From Paraphysomonas bandaiensis (taxonomy: Eukaryota; Protista; Chrysophyceae), in contig CBFFRP010000461.1 of the NCBI GenBank assembly GCA_965644295.1, forward strand, positions 63,542-127,541: a stretch of 64,000 bases of DNA, written 5' to 3'. Below, piece by piece: positions 38,259 to 52,499 of the stretch (position 1 is its first letter; each line of letters starts with the position of its first letter). The translations under genes were made by a program, and so were the position numbers. The notes below the pieces were generated by a model. The model did no database searches. It was not told the DNA's origin and saw only the letters and a program-made list of their open reading frames with translations.

Positions 38259-39990
38259 ATTTGTAATGATACCATGCATCGAAAGTTTTTGTGTGTTGCA
38301 TATTATTCCTGTTGTATTTAGAGTAGGTTGCTGGTGTAATAATGCATATCTGAATATAAGAAAAATGTCGTGGGAGATCAGCCTACAATGGTACAATTAC
38401 GAAATATTGCTATCAATATTCTAGCATATCAATTAATAAAGGGCCCAACTTCACCAATAAAACCATGTACACAATACTTAGAGTGAAGTTCAAATGTTTC
38501 TAGATTTCATCGTCGAAATTAGAATCATCGTCACCATGTTTCTCGATGTCATCGTCTGCCCCAAGTTCGCGGTCAAGCTCCTTCAGAATCGATTGTATTT
38601 CGAAAATATTTTATTGTGAGATTCGTTTTTTGAACTGTGGCTCAGTAACTATAACATGCACCTTATGACTGACGCATAAAGTAAACTACATCGGTTTTAT
38701 GGGATCAATATAGCAACTGACAGATATATGTTATCATCTATCAGCAGAATCGATAAGTGAATATCATTGTGATATAGCTGTCATCTGTCTTTTATATACA
38801 ATCAACCTCGCAAGAATACAATGTTTGCATTAAATTGTATTACTTTTATATGTGTGAAATATCAAAATTAATATCAATTATTAAGTAAGTAGTGGTAACT
38901 GATCAGCCTAATTTGTAAAGCATATTGTCAATTGTATTTACACAATTGCCACGATACTCAAGTACAATATATTCTTTCCTAGCACTTATTCTATAGTGTC
39001 TATAGTCCTGATAAAAGGAGAATATTAAATACTAATTACTACTTCTTTTGATCATGACTCATTTCTGTTTTCGGGGTGACTCTATCCTACACACATTGAT
39101 TGATCGATTAATCTAATACAACTACACGTTGAACGAAACTACATGCTGCTGATTATTCATATATTATATTGAAAGTCTTATTATTAGCAATAGGCGTTAA
39201 AAGTCTGCACCAACTTAGTAGCTAGATGAGCTAGACAAACTAGTTAGACCTCTACCTGTAACTAATCAGTACATACTTTTTTAATCCTACTATTTAACGC
39301 TACGGAAGCTGCTTATGCGTCGCCGCAAGCACCAAGGTGCGACCACTTCCGCTCTGAGTTCTTAAGGTGAACATCCTGGATGCTTGACTTCAGCAGGCAG
39401 CCCAATATCCCGGTTACCCTTCAGGTGGGCCCTGTCCCGGATATGCCTGTTTATTCGTCAGGGCCCAAAGACGTCTACACAAATGACACTTATTGGTGTC
39501 CCTTGTACCACATAAGCATTCGGCTATATGCGTGGGCAGAACAATATCTGCTGACTATGTTTGCGGTTCACGTTAGTTTCCCAGAGAGAGTTTCTCCGGT
39601 ACTTATCCCCCAGAACACCACGAAAAGGTGCGAGTCCGACTTTGTTGAGGGTGCTGATTATTCAATTACTAGAATATATTGAAGAATGTATATGCTTTTA
39701 TGCAACTCCCCTATTAGTTGCTCTATATTCTAGTTTCATTTACCTGTTGCTGGCTTATACGAGTAAGTTCTACAAACTCTGTGAGTATATTTCTTCCGGA
39801 TTTAGAAGAACGAGTCATATAGAAGCCGTATATAATAAGAGTTTGGTCTCACTGTATATGATGGCATTATTATGTGTGTTTATCTCTGAATGGGCATTGA
39901 TGTTTATATCTATAAGATACTGGACATGTATGTATCTGCTCTACCACTCAATGGTCATTCCACTGTATATCTGGACATCAATATATAGAA

Positions 39991-40141
39991 CGTATCGGCA
40001 TCCTTCGTTTATTTTTGTTCCAAGATGCCTCTAATATTGAGACAATAATTATGTGTATTCCAGCCGTAGTTGTTGTTCAGTAATATAGAAGAATTTTGCT
40101 TCAATTTATTTCCGCAATATGAGATGCTGACTGCCGATACG
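39991..40141. mobile_element. Putative ~150-bp MITE (copy B of the dispersed repeat) with 10-bp terminal inverted repeats
   Basis: CGTATCGGCA ... TGCCGATACG. The interior matches 7785-7909, which lacks the right TIR. No clear TSD. Confidence 0.5.
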
Positions 40142-40654
40142 AATACTATAATACAGGATCCAGTTCGTGCCGTTTGTCCCATCAATAGTCTTGCACTGCT
40201 GCACACTCAAAAGTACTGCACAGGAGGAGCAGCAAGACGAAAGAAGGGAATAATTGTTAACAACAAAAAAAATGTACTGAATGATATGAAGTTACTGTTA
40301 GCATCTCACCTATATAGGTATACTCCTGCTGTACTAATGTATACAGAGAGTGGATACACGATATATAGCAGCCAACTGTACACGTCTATGTCACAGTGGT
40401 CCACTTCACTGCTTTGATATACATATACATATCTACTTATTATTGTTCGACACAGTGACAAAGTACAATTGACTAAAAGAATATAGACTTGATTCACCAA
40501 TAGGAGAATCTATTGTCAAGTAATCACGTGTCTGAACCAACTTCTCGTTATATGTTATGATTAAGATCTATATGGTGTGGAGTTACGCATCCTATTAATA
40601 TATATATATATAGCTACATTACATTATTATACTTTGTACTGATCAATTAACAAT

Positions 40655-43600
40655 ATGACGACACAGATTTATTTTACGATTGTATTCGTTTTGTCCTGTT
40701 TTACATCAATTTATGCAGGAGATTGCGATGTATCGTCTGGTCATTGTTATTTTATATTATATAACACCAGCTTTCAAGATGCAATTGATACTTGTGCATA
40801 CCAGGGAGCTTATATTGTTACCATCAATTCATATGATGAAAACACTTTCCTGTTGAACACTTATGGATATTTGTCGTCATATGGGTATATCGGGCTTAAC
40901 GATAGGGAGAACTTCGATGAGTTTGTATGGGCGGGAAATGATACATCATCTTACACGTACTTTGATACGGATGAACCCGATGACATAGATAACTTAAATG
41001 GTGGACAGTATGCCGATTGCGTTGTCTTTGATTTTGCTTCTGGGTTTTGGGTTGATGTTGCATGCGAAGGCCATGAAATTTATGCAATCTGTGAATACAC
41101 TCAGACACGAACACCAACACTTAGTCCCACAGTACACCCAACAAAGCAACCGACAAACCTACCGACAGGGACACCGTCACAAAAACCGGTATACTATTAT
41201 CCTCCGACGTCTCTGCCGTCGTCCGTACCTTCGTCGTCGCCTACAACTCAGCCGTCTAGAAACCCTACACAGCACCCAACATTGCAACCTACATCGACAC
41301 CTACAACGACGCCAACTACATTACCTACATTGTCCCCTACTCCTGTACCAACATCAAAACCCACTGCGTCTCCTACATCGTCTCCTACTTCTGTTCCCAC
41401 TAAATTCCCAACTGTGCCACCTACATCATCCCCTACTCCCGGTCCTACTCCATTCCCTACAACATCACCTACATCGTCCCCTACTCCTGTTCCAACACTA
41501 AACCCCACTGCGTCGCCGACATCGTCCCCTTCTCCTAGCCCTACACCAAACCCAACTGCGTCACCTACATTGCACCCTACTCCTGTTCCAACATCGAATC
41601 CCACTGTAACGCCTACATCTTCCCCTACTCCTAGCCCAACATCCAACCCTACTGTGTCGCCTACACCTTCCCCTACGAATTTTCCTACACTATACCCCAC
41701 TGTATCACCAACATCTTCCCCTACCCCTAGCCCAACATCCAACCCCACTGTGTCGCCTACATCTTCCCCTACTATTGTTCCTACACCAAACCCCACTGTA
41801 TCGCCGACATCTTCCCCTACGAACTTTCCTACTCCGTACCCTACTGCATCACCGACATCTTCCCCTACTCCTAACCCAACATCCAACCCCACTGTATCAC
41901 CGACATCTTCCCCTACTCCTAACCCAACATCGAACCCTACTGTGTCGCCTACACCTTCCCCTACCCCTAGCCCAACATCCAACCCCACTGTGTCGCCTAC
42001 ATCTTCCCCTACTATTGTTCCTACACCAAACCCCACTGCGTCGCCTACATCTTCCCCTACGAATTTTCCTACACTGTACCCCACTGCATCACCAACATCT
42101 TCCCCTACTCCTAGCCCAACATCCAACCCCACTGTGCCGCCTACATCTTCCCCTACTCCTAACCCAACATCCAACCCTACTGTGTCGCCTACATCTTCCC
42201 CTACGAATTTTCCTACTCCGTACCCCACTGCATCACCAACATCTTCCCCTACTCCTAGCCCAACATCCAACCCCACTGTGTCGCCTACATCTTCCCCTAC
42301 GAACTTTCCTACTCCGTACCCTACTGCATCACCAACATCTTCCCCTACTCCTAGCCCAACACCCAACCCCACTGCGTCACCTACATCTTCCCCTACGAAT
42401 TTTCCTATACCAATTCCCACTGTATCACCTACATCTTCCCCTACGAACTTTCCTACACTATACCCCACTGCATCACCTACATCTTCCCCTACGAACTTTC
42501 CTACACTATACCCCACTGCATCACCTACATCTTCCCCTACGAACTTTCCTACACTATACCCCACTGCATCACCAACATCTTCCCCTACTCCTAGCCCAAC
42601 ATCCAACCCCACTGTGCCGCCTACGTCTTCCCCTACAAGTTATCCCACAGAATACCCGTCACTATTACCTACACAAGAGCCTTCTCTAGATCCGACACCG
42701 AGTGAAAGACCTGCAGTGACTTCAATTCCAACTCCTGGAATAGGTGAAACAGCTACACCAACATCTGTAGGAAGTTCCACCCCAACAATTGTAGTAACTC
42801 CTGGGATAGGTGAAACATCTACACCAACATCTGTCGGTAGTTTTGTTCCGACAGTTGATAATGGTGAGACTGTTACTCCAACAGTGGTAGTCGTAAGCCA
42901 TGTACCCACTCCTGGAATAGGTGAGACAGCTACACCAACATCTGTAGGAAGTTCCACCCCAACAATTGTAGTTTCAAGCCATGTTCCAACTCCTGGGATA
43001 GGTGAAACATCTACACCAACATCTGTCGGTAGTTTTGTTCCGACAGTTGATAATGGTGAGACTGTTAATCCAACAGTGGTAGTCGTAAGCCATGTACCCA
43101 CTCCTGGAATAGGTGAGACAGCTACACCAACATCTGTAGGAAGTTCCACCCCAACAATTGTAGTTTCAAGCCATGTTCCAACTCCTGGGATAGGTGAAAC
43201 ATCTACACCAACATCTGTCGGTAGTTTTGTTCCGACAGTTGATAATGGTGAGACTGTTAATCCAACAGTGGTAGTTTCAAGTCATGCTCCAACTTCTGAG
43301 ATAGGTGAGACATCTACACCAACATCTGTCGGTAGTTTTGTTCCGACAGTTGATAATGGTGAGACTGTTAATCCAACAGTGGTAGTCTCAAGCCATGCTC
43401 CAACCTCTGAGATAGGTGAGACATCTGCACCAACATCTGTCGGTAGTTTTGTTCCGACAGTTGATAATGGTGAGACTGTTAATCCAACAGTGGTAGTTTC
43501 AAGTCATGTTCCCACTCTTGCTGGTGGAGATACCGCTGAGCCAACTGGTTTTTCTCCTACACGAACTCTACATCCTTCAAGCGTAGATCCAAAGTCGGAA

Positions 43601-46600
43601 ACGCCTTCGTCTTCCCCGTCTTTACCTTGTCCAACTCCTGACTTTCACTGCAAGTACAGGAATATGTCCGTGTTTTCAGATTCAATGTCAAGTTTTGACT
43701 ATGACTTGTTCTACACCACCCGAGACTCTACCTCTGTAACGAGTATTGCTAATCCTGAGCAGTTTTTTTGGACCGTAGATGACGATGACTTTGTTCCATT
43801 TGACGTAGAATATTATGCCATTGAGGCGTGGGGCTTACTGGATATTACAAATAATCAGGGTAGCAATACACATACGTCAGTGTGTTTCCATGCGTCTTGC
43901 ACGAACGAGGCGATCGTAAGCGCCATTACTCGCTCCTTGATAGAGAATACTTACGAGACGTTTAACTGTGGTAATTGTACCTGGAGAACAGATTATGGAA
44001 AGCTATACACCACATGTGGACATTTTAACTGTCCATGCTCTATAGAACAACCACATAACTACTTCGCTGTGAGTAACAATTGGGGGTACTGGAAATGTCA
44101 ACAGGGTGATGGTGCTGTGGTTGTAGATAGAGGATCCGTACTTGGTTTTAAATTACGGGAAAAGGTAGCTCCTACTGTTCCTGTGCTTAAAAGCGTCACC
44201 GGTCCGTGCTGCGGTAACGTGGTGACTACGTACACTACGGTGAATGTAACGGTGTCCGTTTCCACTTACGGAGGGCTTGTGTATTGTGGGGCGTTTTCCT
44301 CGGCTAATGTGATATCAAGTGTTTCTGTTATAAGTCAGCAAGGGCACTATGGCGTGATTCCATCTGCTGATGAAGTAAGTTTGAGTACTATTACAATTTC
44401 TGTGGAAGTGGGATTGCGGCATCTTGTAGCGAATGCAAGCAGCAGTGTAGCTTGTTACTGCGAAGATACTATCGGGAACCCGTCCTCGCTAGATGATGCC
44501 ATCAATAAAGCTATCATTGTTGTACCATCTTATTGCAATGATGCTGACTTAAGACCACCCCCAAGTGGTTATGGTTTGAGTAGCCTGCAGGACTATTATA
44601 CTCTCGAAGCGTATGAGCTATCGTACTACACACTTACTTTGGCGTTAGGAAGCTCTCCCACAGAGACTGTTATTACGTCGTTGGTATTCTATGACTTCGG
44701 AACTTTGAATAGACGCGATGATGTATTCGTTTACAATAATCTTACCTTCACAAGTGCCGATGAGGGGGATGACTTGATAGGCACATTTGTTGTGTATGGG
44801 GCAGTTGGACACTTCGATATCAGTGTCGTTTATTTTGGTCCGAGTGCTTATGAGTTTTGTGCGTATCATAACGCTTTGCCGTCTATCCGCATAGTTTCCG
44901 AGATTTCTGCAGCCCCATCACTCCTCCCGTCTCTAAACGGAACTGCTTATTTCACCGAATCAGGACTGAGAGTTGTTGTTTCATTCAGCCGCCCCACGGA
45001 TTATGCAGCTACTGTAGTGTCGACAGATTCATGGAAGTGTAGTTTGGTGTTCAGTTTTACAGGGGCAAATGGAACTGAATGCCAGTGGCGTAACTCATCA
45101 ACGGTTGTTATCGCTCTTAATAGCCACCATTCTTCAACTGAGAACATTCTTTCGCCTGGCGATACCATTATGTTGCGTCCCAATGTTGTTAAAGGATTTT
45201 GTTTCAGTGGCTCTTGTGTTAGTGCTCCTTTCGCCCCATCCTCCGCGACCATTGTTGCAGTGCCAAGTATTCATGTCAACGCGCGGGCAGTTTTGGTGGG
45301 ACCTACATCAGTATTGAATTGCGAGGATTTGGTTATTGATCCCACCTTGTCCAGTGGCCATGGATTGCGGCCATGGAAAACCATACGTTGGCGAGTATTC
45401 TCTGGGGACGGAAGCGATGTCTCTGAAATAAGAAATTACTTGACATCTATTACTTCAACGGATGTTCCTGTTGTCATTCCCAGTCACATGTTGCATAATA
45501 CGACGTATTTTATTTCTCTGGGTCTCAGAAACTTTATGCAAGAAAACTCTGATAGCCTTGTGTATAGCTCTGTTGAAGTCAGTGTTCTCTTAGACCAACC
45601 TGTACTTACTGTGTCGATCTCATCTGCTCGTAAGGTTTCTGTCCAGCTGTCATCGTTTCTATACTTAAGCGCTCAAATAGCAATGACAGATTGTGCGAAT
45701 ACCAACACTGGTAACAATTCTATGGATTATACGTACAAATGGACTGTGTACAAGAACTATGTAGTGGATAGAACGGTAACGTCAACGTATCCACTGAATC
45801 CATCAGTATTCACATGTCCCGGTTCGTCCTTTAGTCTAGGTAGTACATACCAAGTGGTGTTGGCTGTGACTGCGACGTCTGGATCACAGTCTTGGACGTC
45901 GTATGACAAAGTATTTGTAGAATCAGTACAGACATCTGTTCGGGCTATAATATCGGGGGGACTTACCACTGTATCTTCACCTCATAATGCTCCCCTTATG
46001 TTGGATGGTTCTGAGTCTCTTGGCTCAGCGTTGTCGTATGCCTGGAGCTGTCGAATTGCTTCTGTGACGAATTTTGGGGCCAACTGTTTGAGTATTCTTG
46101 GTATATCATCGTCGGAGGCTTCTGCATCTGCTTTGAGTATTGCAGCGTCAATTCTATCTGCTGGAGTTAGGTATAGATTTACGTTGACAGTATCTGGGGC
46201 ATACGCTTCTACCAAAACGATTCACTCGGCCTCCGTATTAGTGATATGTCCATCTGTGTCCCCTGTGTCTACTATCAAGATAAACTCTCCGCTTCCTGTA
46301 TACCCTTTCAACCCTCTGGAGCAGTTTAAATTTTACGCCTCTGTTACATCTCAGTTTAGTGAGGGTGCTAATTGTACATGGAGTCTACACTCTGCTAGGT
46401 CTGAATTAGAGGCTACTGGTACTGCTGCCTCAATTGCTCCAGTGCGGAGATTTTTTTCTTACTCGCAACTAACGAACGGCGTGGACTTTCCGCTTGGACT
46501 CAATCCTGGCAGTTTGACTGCAGGAGTTGAATATACTTTCCGTTTAACGGTAGAGCAGCTGGGTATGCCTTCGGCATATATTGACATAAGGATGAACGGA

Positions 46601-49600
46601 AACACTGCACCCACAGGAGGGAATTTTTCTGTATCGCCGTCTTCTGGGTATTCATACAGCACAGAATTTCGTATGATTGCCAATTCCTGGGTTGATGATG
46701 CTACAGACTACCCATTGCGATACCAATTTGTATATCAGATTGGTGCCTCGTTTGATTGGAGTAAGACTTTTTCACGTGCCAACTCTCGCAGCACCTTGGC
46801 ATACACCTCAACAACACTACCTTACGGAGAGCCGTCGGAGCATGATACCATTACAGCTGCTGTAATTTGTATAGACGTGTGGGGAGCGGAGGCGACTTCC
46901 TACTTCTTGGTTACTGTATCCCCAACATCTAGAAGACGCCTGTCGTCTGACCCTCTCAGTGCGTTGAGTGTTGCACTTAAAAGCAATCGCGTGCACGATT
47001 TGTTGGAGATTTATCAAGAAGCAGTCAATGTTATTAACGACGTAGCTCGGGCAGATTGCAGCGCGGCTCCAGATTGTAGTGCTCTCAACAGGGAGCCTTG
47101 TGTTGGAACAAGTCATACATGTGGGTCTTGCCTTTCCGGATATGCTGGAGTGTATGGTGATTCTAATTATCATTGCCATGAGATAAGTTATCCGGCTCAT
47201 TCGGCAGGGTACGAGTGTAATTCGGACTCTGAGTGTTTTTTGGGTTATTGCGACGGTGGCGTTTGTGTCCCACCACCGAAGCCCTGCCCGGCAGGTGGAC
47301 ATGATGGCTCCTCGTGTTCTGGTCATGGTGTATGTTCATACATGTATGTAAATGGTGAGCCATCAGCGTCACGTGAGTGCACTGTTGATAAATCGACGTG
47401 CCATTCGTATTGTTTGTGCGATGATGGGTACGGAGGACGGGACTGCAGCTTTACCGAAATTGAGCTTAGTGAAATTAGTAATGCTCGAGGAAACATGTGT
47501 GAATACTTGGTCGATATAGCGGAAAAAGATGCGTTTATAGATGAAACTTTTTCCGCAATCGTGAGCTACTTGCTGCAAGTATACGATCCCTCTGCGGTTG
47601 TGTCTATTGCTGATATGTCCAAATGCGAATCTGCTCTTCGCTATGTGACTGGTGTTTTATCCGGAAGTAGTGATGGAAATATCGATGCCTATACACATAT
47701 GGCAGGTGCTATTTCTGAATTTGCCCAGTCTAGCAGTTTTCTCGTTTCAGACAGTGTCTATAATGCACTCGATGCGTTGGAAGCAGCTGTGCTCGATGGT
47801 ATGATAGCTGGACAGCAACCAGTAGAATTTTTGGTAGACAGCTTTAGGGTATCTTACTTGTACATTAATCTCGAAGATTTGTCACTGTTATCTGCCCCTC
47901 GAACAGAGAAAGAGATACACTATAGCTCTCCACAGTACTCAATGTCTCTTCCTGCTAATGGCCTTGAAATGTGCGAAGCGTTTGATGATTATGCTAAGGT
48001 TGCTGTCTTACTGTGGAACGTAAATCCCCAAAACATGGATGATTCAGATGTAGACAGCAGATTTTTTACTGTTGCCACGTATGCAACGTCCGTATCTAGT
48101 AATGATAGCACGCTGGCGGTTGATAAGCCGGACCATCATTATGAGCTTACCCTCCAATTGGATAGTACTATTAACACATCTCTTGTTGAACCTCTTTGCA
48201 AAGAGTATAGCTTCAGCACTAATATCCTATCTGATTGCACTTCTTGCATTATTAGCAATTACGAGGCAACAGGTGCTACGATTACATGCTACGATGCCGT
48301 CGACTACTTCTGCCCTTCAGTGCAGGGCGGTAGTGTTTTGGGCGCAGCAGTTAGGCGACTTCAAGCAGCAAACGACAAAGCCTATACTTTATCCCTGTCA
48401 ACTATTATGGAGCCCAGTACACAGTCGTTTGATACCGACAATGTTACACAAAGCACTGCCCTGCTCTCATTTACCAGTGCATGGCTATTCGTTACAATAT
48501 TTTCATTTTGGGGGTTGTACATCTGGGATAAGAGAGACAAGGAGGTTTTGGGAGCTCAAGAAGCAGACAAGGAAGGGTATCTTTCAAGTGACTTTAATCT
48601 TACTGCAGCGTTTGATAAGTCAGGTCGTGGCTGCGATACTCAAGTTAATCTAGTCGGCATATCGCGGCAGTCGTTTGAGTTTGCAATATCACCAAGGAAT
48701 CGTGCTGCGAAAAATGAGCCGATCGAAAGGGCGTCTTCTTTTAGATACTCAGCCATTTTTCATCGCAGCTCGACGTTTGCAGGGCGCCAAGAGCCGAAGA
48801 GGCGCCCTGCAAAGAAACTGTCAGTGGCAGAGCGGGCGTCATCGTTTAGACACTCTGCTATATTTCCTCGTAGCTCATTGTTTGTAGAAACTTCAACTAT
48901 GAGTAAAACTGGAACGGCAGATGCTCATCGTGTCAAGCCATTGTCTCCTATCCCACAATCTCCTTCTTACAAGTATATTATTGGAGATGAAAATAATCCA
49001 GATTACCAGCAAACTGGTTCACATAAACAATTTAACGAGCCCGAGGACCCGGTGATGCGTGTGTGGGCTGCGTTTCCCTCGACCTCCTTTTTGTCAGAGC
49101 GCGACTGGTGGATCTGTATTTATGACGCTGTTTGCCGCAACCACAAGTGGGCACGCATCTTTAGTTATTCTTCTTTACGACTCCCTCGAAATATCCGTTT
49201 TCTAGTCGCAGCAACTGATTTGCTTTTTATAATGTTTACACTTACGGTGTTTTACAGCCTATACTATCCTGACGACAATCGGTGCGAAGATCTCTCTGGA
49301 ACCACTGAAGCGAGGTGCTTATCTTTGAGTTCGAATTTTGAGTCAAATGAATCGCTTTGTAGTTGGAGTAATGATGGTCGTTGTGAAATGAAGGAGATCA
49401 AGCTGGATCTAGTATTTATTGTTCTGGTGACTCTAATAGCAGTAGCGTTCTCAGTTATTCCGAGAGATATGATAAATGCAATACTGGTGAAGATATGCGC
49501 TAAGCGTCCATGTTTACAGAACATGAGTTGGAGTGGTATATTTTTATTCTCAGAGCCGAGGGAGACTGAATGTGCAAATGGGAATACAGGTGTTGCTCCT

Positions 49601-51259
49601 AACAGCGAAGTCATGTCACTTGACATTTGCAATTTTACGATGGAGGGTAAAGTCGGAGGAATATTTCAGATCGAACCGAAGCTTTATGACCTTGCGCATT
49701 CAGATTTCATGAATCCTTATGAAGAGGTTGCATTGATTTTATCTAGTGTTTGCTCTGAAATCCCGAATATTGAAAATACTACCATTGAGAAACAGGCAAT
49801 GGTTACTACGGCATCAGAAATGCTTAGTCTCACTGATGTTGGGAACCCGAGACCACTTTCCATTCGCCAGAAGATTCTTTATGGTTCTCACAATGGGTTG
49901 AATATATGGAAATGTAAGAAAGCTCGCTCAGAGTGCACTTCTCTTGTTCACACGGCAACCTCTCCGTCACATGTGGAGCCCGGTCACCCAGAGTACGCAG
50001 ACATGGTTTTGTTACAGAATTTTGTGCTCGAGCAATTGTCTTCTATATGCCGCTTTGCATATCGACGGCATATATATGAAATGGATGATTGCTCTCCAGG
50101 TCGAGTTAATATTATTCCATGGGTGGCTTCGTGGCTCTTGGTATTCGGAATGTGGGTATTCATGGGTTTCTGGGTAATATCATGGACGTTGACCCATGCT
50201 GCTGAACCGGCGAAAGCTTGGGCTCTCTCTTTTGGCGTTGTTGTCTTGGTTGACATCATAATGAATTCTTTAACTCAAATTTTCCTTCTCGACGTATATA
50301 TGGCGCATGTTCTTCGTCCACAGCTGAGGGATATATTCTGTATCCTCAATGAGGCCCTACATTTGCGCTTGTTGAAGCGCGTGTCTCCCTGTGATGGAGT
50401 CCGAATCGTGCAACACTTCTCTGCCTCTTGTCGAGCTTCACGTAACGCTGCACTAAAAGGGCATAAATCAGCCATTTTGTTGTCAATAATGGATGATGTG
50501 GATGTTGCTCTCTGCCGTCGGAACCGCGTGGAGAGTATACAGGACGTGGGATACGTGGCATATTTGATGTTGTATGTTCCATCACTGCTCAATACAATTG
50601 GGGTGGATTATCAGCAGGCTGTGTTAGACATGACGCTCCCAATTATTTGGTGCTGTTTCATTTGGCTGAATTATATTGTGAGCAAATTTTCAGTGTACAT
50701 TCTAGTTGCCCTTTACTTTTTACTGGCCTCCCTAATCGTCGTTTATGTATATGTGTACATGCGATGGAAGAGAGGTGAGGAGTTCCATATCAGCAGTGAT
50801 CTAGAAACTCAAATTGAAAATGAAAATACTGACAGACCTCCTGTGAACGAATCTTCAATTGAAATGAATGTGACAAGTATTGGCGAGGAAAAATCTGATG
50901 AGGGATCTCGATCGAGCGGTTCGGAGCATGAAGGTGCTTCAGCATCTAAGCCAACGTGTATGGACAGTGCAGTGGTTGTTATAGGAACCCAGGATGAAAA
51001 TGAAAGCGGTTTGCTGCTGGGAACATCTGATGATGTTGGTGAACATATAGAAGACACATCTGGTTTATTCGTTCAGAGTGAAGATGTGGGAGTCATACTT
51101 CCTCGATCAGATATCTCTGCTGTCGACATTTCTGTGTCGAATTCGGAAGGCCTCGAAGCGTCACACAAGTTTGGAGACTGGAATCAAGTTCTGGGAACCG
51201 ACAGCTTCGGTGATGATGGAGATCGACTCCACTGGTGGACAGGAGATGAGGAGAAGTAG
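40655..51259 (+). CDS. Giant single-exon polycystin-1/REJ-like cell-surface protein: signal peptide, C-type lectin, PT mucin stalk, REJ, EGF-like and multi-TM C-terminus (3534 aa)
   Basis: CTL motifs ([35 protein letters not shown]); REJ-like LMLDGSES...YAWSC and [11 protein letters not shown]...[14 protein letters not shown]; EGF CSGHGVC...[13 protein letters not shown]; several TM helices; RRRLS and RRLQ motifs. Confidence 0.88.
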   Translation: MTTQIYFTIVFVLSCFTSIYAGDCDVSSGHCYFILYNTSFQDAIDTCAYQGAYIVTINSYDENTFLLNTYGYLSSYGYIGLNDRENFDEFVWAGNDTSSYTYFDTDEPDDIDNLNGGQYADCVVFDFASGFWVDVACEGHEIYAICEYTQTRTPTLSPTVHPTKQPTNLPTGTPSQKPVYYYPPTSLPSSVPSSSPTTQPSRNPTQHPTLQPTSTPTTTPTTLPTLSPTPVPTSKPTASPTSSPTSVPTKFPTVPPTSSPTPGPTPFPTTSPTSSPTPVPTLNPTASPTSSPSPSPTPNPTASPTLHPTPVPTSNPTVTPTSSPTPSPTSNPTVSPTPSPTNFPTLYPTVSPTSSPTPSPTSNPTVSPTSSPTIVPTPNPTVSPTSSPTNFPTPYPTASPTSSPTPNPTSNPTVSPTSSPTPNPTSNPTVSPTPSPTPSPTSNPTVSPTSSPTIVPTPNPTASPTSSPTNFPTLYPTASPTSSPTPSPTSNPTVPPTSSPTPNPTSNPTVSPTSSPTNFPTPYPTASPTSSPTPSPTSNPTVSPTSSPTNFPTPYPTASPTSSPTPSPTPNPTASPTSSPTNFPIPIPTVSPTSSPTNFPTLYPTASPTSSPTNFPTLYPTASPTSSPTNFPTLYPTASPTSSPTPSPTSNPTVPPTSSPTSYPTEYPSLLPTQEPSLDPTPSERPAVTSIPTPGIGETATPTSVGSSTPTIVVTPGIGETSTPTSVGSFVPTVDNGETVTPTVVVVSHVPTPGIGETATPTSVGSSTPTIVVSSHVPTPGIGETSTPTSVGSFVPTVDNGETVNPTVVVVSHVPTPGIGETATPTSVGSSTPTIVVSSHVPTPGIGETSTPTSVGSFVPTVDNGETVNPTVVVSSHAPTSEIGETSTPTSVGSFVPTVDNGETVNPTVVVSSHAPTSEIGETSAPTSVGSFVPTVDNGETVNPTVVVSSHVPTLAGGDTAEPTGFSPTRTLHPSSVDPKSETPSSSPSLPCPTPDFHCKYRNMSVFSDSMSSFDYDLFYTTRDSTSVTSIANPEQFFWTVDDDDFVPFDVEYYAIEAWGLLDITNNQGSNTHTSVCFHASCTNEAIVSAITRSLIENTYETFNCGNCTWRTDYGKLYTTCGHFNCPCSIEQPHNYFAVSNNWGYWKCQQGDGAVVVDRGSVLGFKLREKVAPTVPVLKSVTGPCCGNVVTTYTTVNVTVSVSTYGGLVYCGAFSSANVISSVSVISQQGHYGVIPSADEVSLSTITISVEVGLRHLVANASSSVACYCEDTIGNPSSLDDAINKAIIVVPSYCNDADLRPPPSGYGLSSLQDYYTLEAYELSYYTLTLALGSSPTETVITSLVFYDFGTLNRRDDVFVYNNLTFTSADEGDDLIGTFVVYGAVGHFDISVVYFGPSAYEFCAYHNALPSIRIVSEISAAPSLLPSLNGTAYFTESGLRVVVSFSRPTDYAATVVSTDSWKCSLVFSFTGANGTECQWRNSSTVVIALNSHHSSTENILSPGDTIMLRPNVVKGFCFSGSCVSAPFAPSSATIVAVPSIHVNARAVLVGPTSVLNCEDLVIDPTLSSGHGLRPWKTIRWRVFSGDGSDVSEIRNYLTSITSTDVPVVIPSHMLHNTTYFISLGLRNFMQENSDSLVYSSVEVSVLLDQPVLTVSISSARKVSVQLSSFLYLSAQIAMTDCANTNTGNNSMDYTYKWTVYKNYVVDRTVTSTYPLNPSVFTCPGSSFSLGSTYQVVLAVTATSGSQSWTSYDKVFVESVQTSVRAIISGGLTTVSSPHNAPLMLDGSESLGSALSYAWSCRIASVTNFGANCLSILGISSSEASASALSIAASILSAGVRYRFTLTVSGAYASTKTIHSASVLVICPSVSPVSTIKINSPLPVYPFNPLEQFKFYASVTSQFSEGANCTWSLHSARSELEATGTAASIAPVRRFFSYSQLTNGVDFPLGLNPGSLTAGVEYTFRLTVEQLGMPSAYIDIRMNGNTAPTGGNFSVSPSSGYSYSTEFRMIANSWVDDATDYPLRYQFVYQIGASFDWSKTFSRANSRSTLAYTSTTLPYGEPSEHDTITAAVICIDVWGAEATSYFLVTVSPTSRRRLSSDPLSALSVALKSNRVHDLLEIYQEAVNVINDVARADCSAAPDCSALNREPCVGTSHTCGSCLSGYAGVYGDSNYHCHEISYPAHSAGYECNSDSECFLGYCDGGVCVPPPKPCPAGGHDGSSCSGHGVCSYMYVNGEPSASRECTVDKSTCHSYCLCDDGYGGRDCSFTEIELSEISNARGNMCEYLVDIAEKDAFIDETFSAIVSYLLQVYDPSAVVSIADMSKCESALRYVTGVLSGSSDGNIDAYTHMAGAISEFAQSSSFLVSDSVYNALDALEAAVLDGMIAGQQPVEFLVDSFRVSYLYINLEDLSLLSAPRTEKEIHYSSPQYSMSLPANGLEMCEAFDDYAKVAVLLWNVNPQNMDDSDVDSRFFTVATYATSVSSNDSTLAVDKPDHHYELTLQLDSTINTSLVEPLCKEYSFSTNILSDCTSCIISNYEATGATITCYDAVDYFCPSVQGGSVLGAAVRRLQAANDKAYTLSLSTIMEPSTQSFDTDNVTQSTALLSFTSAWLFVTIFSFWGLYIWDKRDKEVLGAQEADKEGYLSSDFNLTAAFDKSGRGCDTQVNLVGISRQSFEFAISPRNRAAKNEPIERASSFRYSAIFHRSSTFAGRQEPKRRPAKKLSVAERASSFRHSAIFPRSSLFVETSTMSKTGTADAHRVKPLSPIPQSPSYKYIIGDENNPDYQQTGSHKQFNEPEDPVMRVWAAFPSTSFLSERDWWICIYDAVCRNHKWARIFSYSSLRLPRNIRFLVAATDLLFIMFTLTVFYSLYYPDDNRCEDLSGTTEARCLSLSSNFESNESLCSWSNDGRCEMKEIKLDLVFIVLVTLIAVAFSVIPRDMINAILVKICAKRPCLQNMSWSGIFLFSEPRETECANGNTGVAPNSEVMSLDICNFTMEGKVGGIFQIEPKLYDLAHSDFMNPYEEVALILSSVCSEIPNIENTTIEKQAMVTTASEMLSLTDVGNPRPLSIRQKILYGSHNGLNIWKCKKARSECTSLVHTATSPSHVEPGHPEYADMVLLQNFVLEQLSSICRFAYRRHIYEMDDCSPGRVNIIPWVASWLLVFGMWVFMGFWVISWTLTHAAEPAKAWALSFGVVVLVDIIMNSLTQIFLLDVYMAHVLRPQLRDIFCILNEALHLRLLKRVSPCDGVRIVQHFSASCRASRNAALKGHKSAILLSIMDDVDVALCRRNRVESIQDVGYVAYLMLYVPSLLNTIGVDYQQAVLDMTLPIIWCCFIWLNYIVSKFSVYILVALYFLLASLIVVYVYVYMRWKRGEEFHISSDLETQIENENTDRPPVNESSIEMNVTSIGEEKSDEGSRSSGSEHEGASASKPTCMDSAVVVIGTQDENESGLLLGTSDDVGEHIEDTSGLFVQSEDVGVILPRSDISAVDISVSNSEGLEASHKFGDWNQVLGTDSFGDDGDRLHWWTGDEEK
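41105..42660 (+). repeat. Coding tandem repeat: P-T-x-x tetrapeptide (12-bp units with higher-order ~48-bp blocks)
   Basis: [16 protein letters not shown]-type repeats inside the giant ORF. Confidence 0.95.
42728..43515 (+). repeat. Coding tandem repeat of ~27-33-aa units (TPGIGETxTPTSVGS...VVSSHVP)
   Basis: Visible repeated DNA and peptide blocks in the giant ORF. Confidence 0.9.
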
Positions 51260-51937
51260 CGGAACAAGCATTGTGCTTCACGTACACTGTAGTTTAGCCG
51301 GCATATAATTTATGTTAGTATATGATCTGTGTTAGTCAAAAGACCGTGTATGTTGGACACTCCACAATTCGCGTGTTCGGAATATATGGCAATCACATGA
51401 TTGAATTCTTGTCTGGCTCAATATTCACTTGAAGGACAAATAAGAAACAAGATAACATATCGTACACTGTCGAGTATTGCTACTTTGGGCATTTAAAAAT
51501 TGTATTTATAAGGTTTTCGAATTACAACCGTCACTTGAGTACTACAACAGTTAATATTATATAATCTTTATGATATTCTATGAGTTGATACAACAGTTGG
51601 AAATACGAATGCTTCTCTATGATAGAACTGCAGAATACGTTAAATACAATGTGAAAAACTGTAATACGTAGTCAAAAATATTATATAGCTATAACTGTGA
51701 AGCTGAAGTTTTATGACGATTCAAGATACGGAAGTTGATCAGTGCTTGACATGAAAGAAATATACAATTACGTTGTTGATGTATTTTATATGATAACACA
51801 CATTTGTGTATGCAATAATAATCGTATCAATTTAGTATTACTACTTTTGAACTTCTCTTACAAAATGTTCAAAAGCTAATATGGTAGCGGCTGCGGAGGA
51901 GAGAAGGAGGATAGAGCCGATGTACCATGGCTGGTTC

Positions 51938-52460
51938 CAGGGCCTGGTAACCATTAATGGTAGTCCAGTTCTCGGCAATTATAATGGCCGTTAATGGCCA
52001 TTAATACCTACTAACTCTCGTCCTCGTTATTTCTGTCGGGTGCACCAACATGAATGAATCCAGTTGCAGATGTCAAACTGCTCTTCTCTCATTGCCTGTC
52101 AACTCTCTTTCATCGTTCCTTTGAATTTTAGCCACTGCCTTCTCAAAATTTGCGCTGGCAACAATGTTTGCATTCAGGGCAAGGTATGGATACAGTTCTG
52201 GAAATTCTTGTAGTAGTGTATCAAATAACTGGCGGGCTTGGTACAAATTGGTTCCATCTCTTTGTAAGAGGCGAGCGTAGCACTCTATAAATTCAAGTTG
52301 CGTCAAATATTATTTCAGCTTTCAAAAGTTCTCTGGAGTTAGAATCTGGAGTAAGGAGATACTTTCTTTCTTATAAAAGATAATAAATCGCCACCGTGAA
52401 GTCTTTCATTTCCCGAAATTCTCTCGAAAAATCCGCATGTTTGGCGCCCTTCTTGGTTAC
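51938..52460 (-). mobile_element. hAT-like DNA transposon remnant (one terminus plus a transposase fragment)
   Basis: CAGGGCCTGGTAAC terminus with subterminal CCATTAAT/TAATGG repeats. Peptide LQRDGTNLYQARQLFDTLLQEFPELYPYLALNANIVASANFEKAVAKIQ...LTGNERRAV resembles stramenopile hAT-type transposases. Confidence 0.6.
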
Positions 52461-52499
52461 ATGATTCACACAAGTCGTGTAACGTCACTGTATATCTTG

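Noticed and set aside
38500-38612. Minus-strand acidic peptide (...ELDRELGADDDIEKHGDDDSNFDDEI*)
   Set aside because: There is an in-frame stop just upstream and no supportable start or exon chain, so it cannot be called a gene.
39420-39480. Hammerhead ribozyme (CTGACGA on the minus strand)
   Set aside because: No properly placed stem II-GAAA and stem I/III pairing could be built.
41248-43149. Long antisense and alternative-frame ORFs (GVGEDVG..., LHLPL...)
   Set aside because: Shadow frames of the PT-repeat region of the giant ORF.
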